A stretch of DNA of 64,000 bases from Phoronis australis (lineage: Eukaryota > Animalia > Phoronida), in contig NMRA01000204.1 of assembly GCA_002633005.1 (NCBI GenBank), positions 447,892 through 511,891 on the forward strand, given 5' to 3'. This document shows, in pieces, positions 61,317 to 64,000 of this stretch. The position numbers and the translations under genes are program-made. Each line of letters starts with the position of its first letter. Position 1 is the first letter of the stretch. The notes under the pieces were generated by a model that saw only the letters and a program-made list of their open reading frames with translations, was not told the DNA's origin and ran no database searches.

Positions 61317-62201
61317 GATATCTACGCAATAACTGTTTGCAACCAACTGTTTTATTGTACATGAGAGACGACATTGGCAAGAGATGACGAGTTACAGACA
61401 AATCGGACTAAAGCATTCCTTAGCCCCTAATGTTATTTTTACGTTTGCCTCTATAGCTTAGGATTTCGTTAGCTTACTTTCAAGAAATTCTGCAAATAGT
61501 TATGTTTTGCAGAGAAGGCGCCACTTTTTCAATTCGGATGAGTTGACGAAATATGCGGCGTTTAATGGATATTCTTATATTTCTAAAGCATACTCATTGA
61601 CGCACACCTTTAATTGCAGTGCTATCGTGGGCAAATTTCAACGCTCCGCGTTGCTCTTGTTGACATCTGTGTTGATATCTACTTAATCCTTTGAAAGTTC
61701 ACAATTTTGCGTGTGTAGACATATTTTAAACTAGACAACAATTAGACCACTGTTGTGCCTCCGAATGCATTTTTTTCTCAAAAAGTGAGTTCAAAATAAT
61801 TCTGGAATTGCATTGCCGTCCAGGGTGCATTTCAACGCTCCATTTAGCTCTTGTTTACACGGAGCGGGTTCGGTGACACCTGCCTCCGACGTTCAGTAAC
61901 GCTAACCCTCGCTAAAAAGCAAGACATTGCGAGATTACGTGAGATATTGCCATGTATTTTAAATGAGATCACGTGACTTTTGCTAGCGTAAGTCCTAGCG
62001 TAGGTCCTCGCGTTACTGAACGCACGCCTGGTTTAATGTATCCAAGGCACCCCACTGTGTCGAGCTGGGTTAACTCAACAAAGGATCTATTGATGTGCTT
62101 CAATGGAGCTGTGATCACGTGGGTTTCAATGACAGCACACAGTTGTAGATTGTGTCAGTGCAGAGGACGGCTATTTTCCTGGTGGCTCTGTCATCAATAA
62201 A

Positions 62202-62415
62202 ATGAGAAGAAAAAGGTCAGAACCCTTTTCTCCTCATGAGGAAAAGGTTTCCTCACAGAACTGATTACAGAAAAAAATGATGTCATAGATGGAGAGCCAA
62301 AACAAGTCATCGGAAGCAACAGGCTTGGAGGGACAGTGGGTCCAGACTGGCTAAACAGTTCACGCAATCAGAAAAACACAACCATGAACTGAGTTAAAGG
62401 ACTTTTGGAAACTAA
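62202..62415 (+). pseudogene. Myb/SANT-like (Harbinger accessory protein) remnant
   Basis: Across frameshifts: RKRSEPFSPHEEK.FLTELITEKNDVIDG...KQQAW.......L..QF......ELKDFWK. Upstream inverted repeat cgttcagtaacgc / gcgttactgaacg (61889-62021). Confidence 0.5.
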
Positions 62416-63620
62416 ATGGAACGAGGGAAGTGATGTGGTCGTCCAAGGAGATGAGATCACAGAAATAGTTTAATAAAGGTATTTTGAGAACGACTCCGTG
62501 CCGTAGTATGGCGTGACCTGAGTTACGGCGGAGTCTTTTTGAACTGAAATCAGTCGACATGTGGTTAGATCTCCCGCCGTTAAGCGCTCATGCTCTGTGT
62601 TACCGGTACTCGAAATTTACAGCTCAGATATGACAAGATAAAAAGTTGAGATAACGAGATAAATAATTTATTATATTTCTGTGGGCTAGTGCGCTTTCGT
62701 AGGTCTACGTTCAAGGAGACTGAAAACTTTCGCGGCACGTCCCCACGGCGGTGTTACGGTGCTAGTGAAACGAAACATTTTTGTGTCCGCAGACTTTTCC
62801 ACGCTCCGGGAAACAGTTTTTTTTTTTGGTGCTTCTATATAGCCAGCATTGTTCCAGGTTGATATATTAAATTACCGAAATGCGACTTCATGAATCTCGT
62901 CCGCGGGCTGCAGAAAATGACTCAAAATAGTCGAGTGGAAGGGGAGGCGCACGGCGCCCGGCGCCGAATTTCGTTAAACTCCATGGTTGTATTAAGTTGG
63001 AAAAAAACAACCAAGCATGGTTTTCCATTTCTAAAAATCGATGAACTAATAAGTTATAAACTATTAAACTTTGCGGGGTACGAGGAAACTACCGTGTTGA
63101 CTTAAGACCTATCATACTCGCGATGGCTGTTATCATTACTAACACTGATCAGAGATAACAACATCACTTCTCTTTATATTCTTTCAATCTCTTTTGACCA
63201 GATTTTTAATATGAAACAGTTGTACATAACTTTTTTCCTCTCTTCATTTTTATAACTGACAAAAAGCTAGGCACTGGCACTGAACCCCAGTGTCCAGAAT
63301 TCAGGCCTCAAAACTCTCTCGTTTGGCTATCACCATTTTTGAACTTTTGTATATATTTCATGATTTGAGCTCTAATAAAGATTAAACTTGAACCAATGAC
63401 ACACGTCAGTAGTTCGTGCGGTGAAATGTGGCCCGCCGCCGGGGTTTAGTGTGATCTGGCTGCCGGTCTAGACCGGCAGCCCAGAGCACTTAGCATAGAT
63501 GAACGAGGTACCAACATCTGACCACGGGAGCATTTAAAGTCCACCTCAGTATGTACAGAAATGGACGTCTGCCGTTGTCTGCACTCTGGGTGTGACCCCT
63601 GGGGGCCTTACTAAGAGCCC

Positions 63621-64000
63621 AAAAAATGAGCTAGACTAGATATTCGAGGTACCAACCAAAACTGATTTAAAACGAACAATAGTACCGCACTGAACACCGA
63701 ATGACCCATGACAGACAAATTGCACTCTGGAATAGGTCCGGCAGAAACCAAAAAAGGACCCCCCAAAAATGAGCTAGCACATACATTCGAGGTACCACAC
63801 AAAACCAATTCTGTATGATTCAATACATGTCACAGATCACTAAATGCCCTATGACAGACAAATTACACTCTGGATTGTGCCCGGCAGAAACCCCCAAAAA
63901 TCTCAACCACGGTATGCCATCAAAAATTTGAGCTAGACTAGATTTTCGAGGTACCGGCCAAAACTGATTTAAAACGAACAATAGTACCGCACTGAACACC
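63621..64000. repeat. Start of a satellite with alternating ~145/~157-bp related monomers (A-B-A')
   Basis: gagctag...ttcgaggtacc recurs at ~63628, ~63771 and ~63930. Copies 1 and 3 are near-identical; copy 2 is diverged. Confidence 0.75.

Noticed and set aside
57462-61346. 1294-aa and 1255-aa ORFs (RQSGRAAE / LPLCRSAA repeats)
   Set aside because: They are translations of a stop-free 8-bp tandem repeat, with no sign of a real protein.

Overview
AT-rich, intron-containing animal genomic DNA, probably from a marine invertebrate (inferred from the gene and transposon repertoire), and dense in transposon remnants. Conserved genes: a divergent GOLPH3/Vps74-like gene on the minus strand (exons 7883-7948 and 1707-1953, continuing off the left edge). 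It lies head-to-head with a five-exon J1-crystallin/SelJ-like ADP-ribosylglycohydrolase-family gene on the plus strand (8935-14701), which has Cys at the probable Sec-equivalent position. The most novel observation is a cluster of three small spliced genes, largely invisible in the ORF track, that encode 60-71 aa secreted prepropeptides (19.7-20.6 kb, 24.4-27.7 kb, 44.4-45.4 kb), plus a dead duplicate near 49.6 kb. All three have a putative non-coding first exon and a signal peptide ending in -EA. Two share a phase-2 intron in the signal peptide, an 11-residue peptide, an RR site and an acidic/polar C-terminal pro-region. Mobile DNA includes a foldback palindrome with a nested CAC-ended, 5-bp-TSD (Transib-like) MITE, 9-bp-TSD elements, and a THAP element with long inverted repeats. 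There are also Harbinger/ISL2EU-like and Sola3-like transposase relics, an Ngaro/DIRS tyrosine-recombinase retroelement, a LINE interrupted by a Gypsy LTR element at an assembly gap, and tRNA-derived SINE heads. Tandem repeats include a 3.66-kb (CTGCCGCT)n array and a dimeric satellite at the right edge. All calls come from reading the sequence by eye; no database searches were run.
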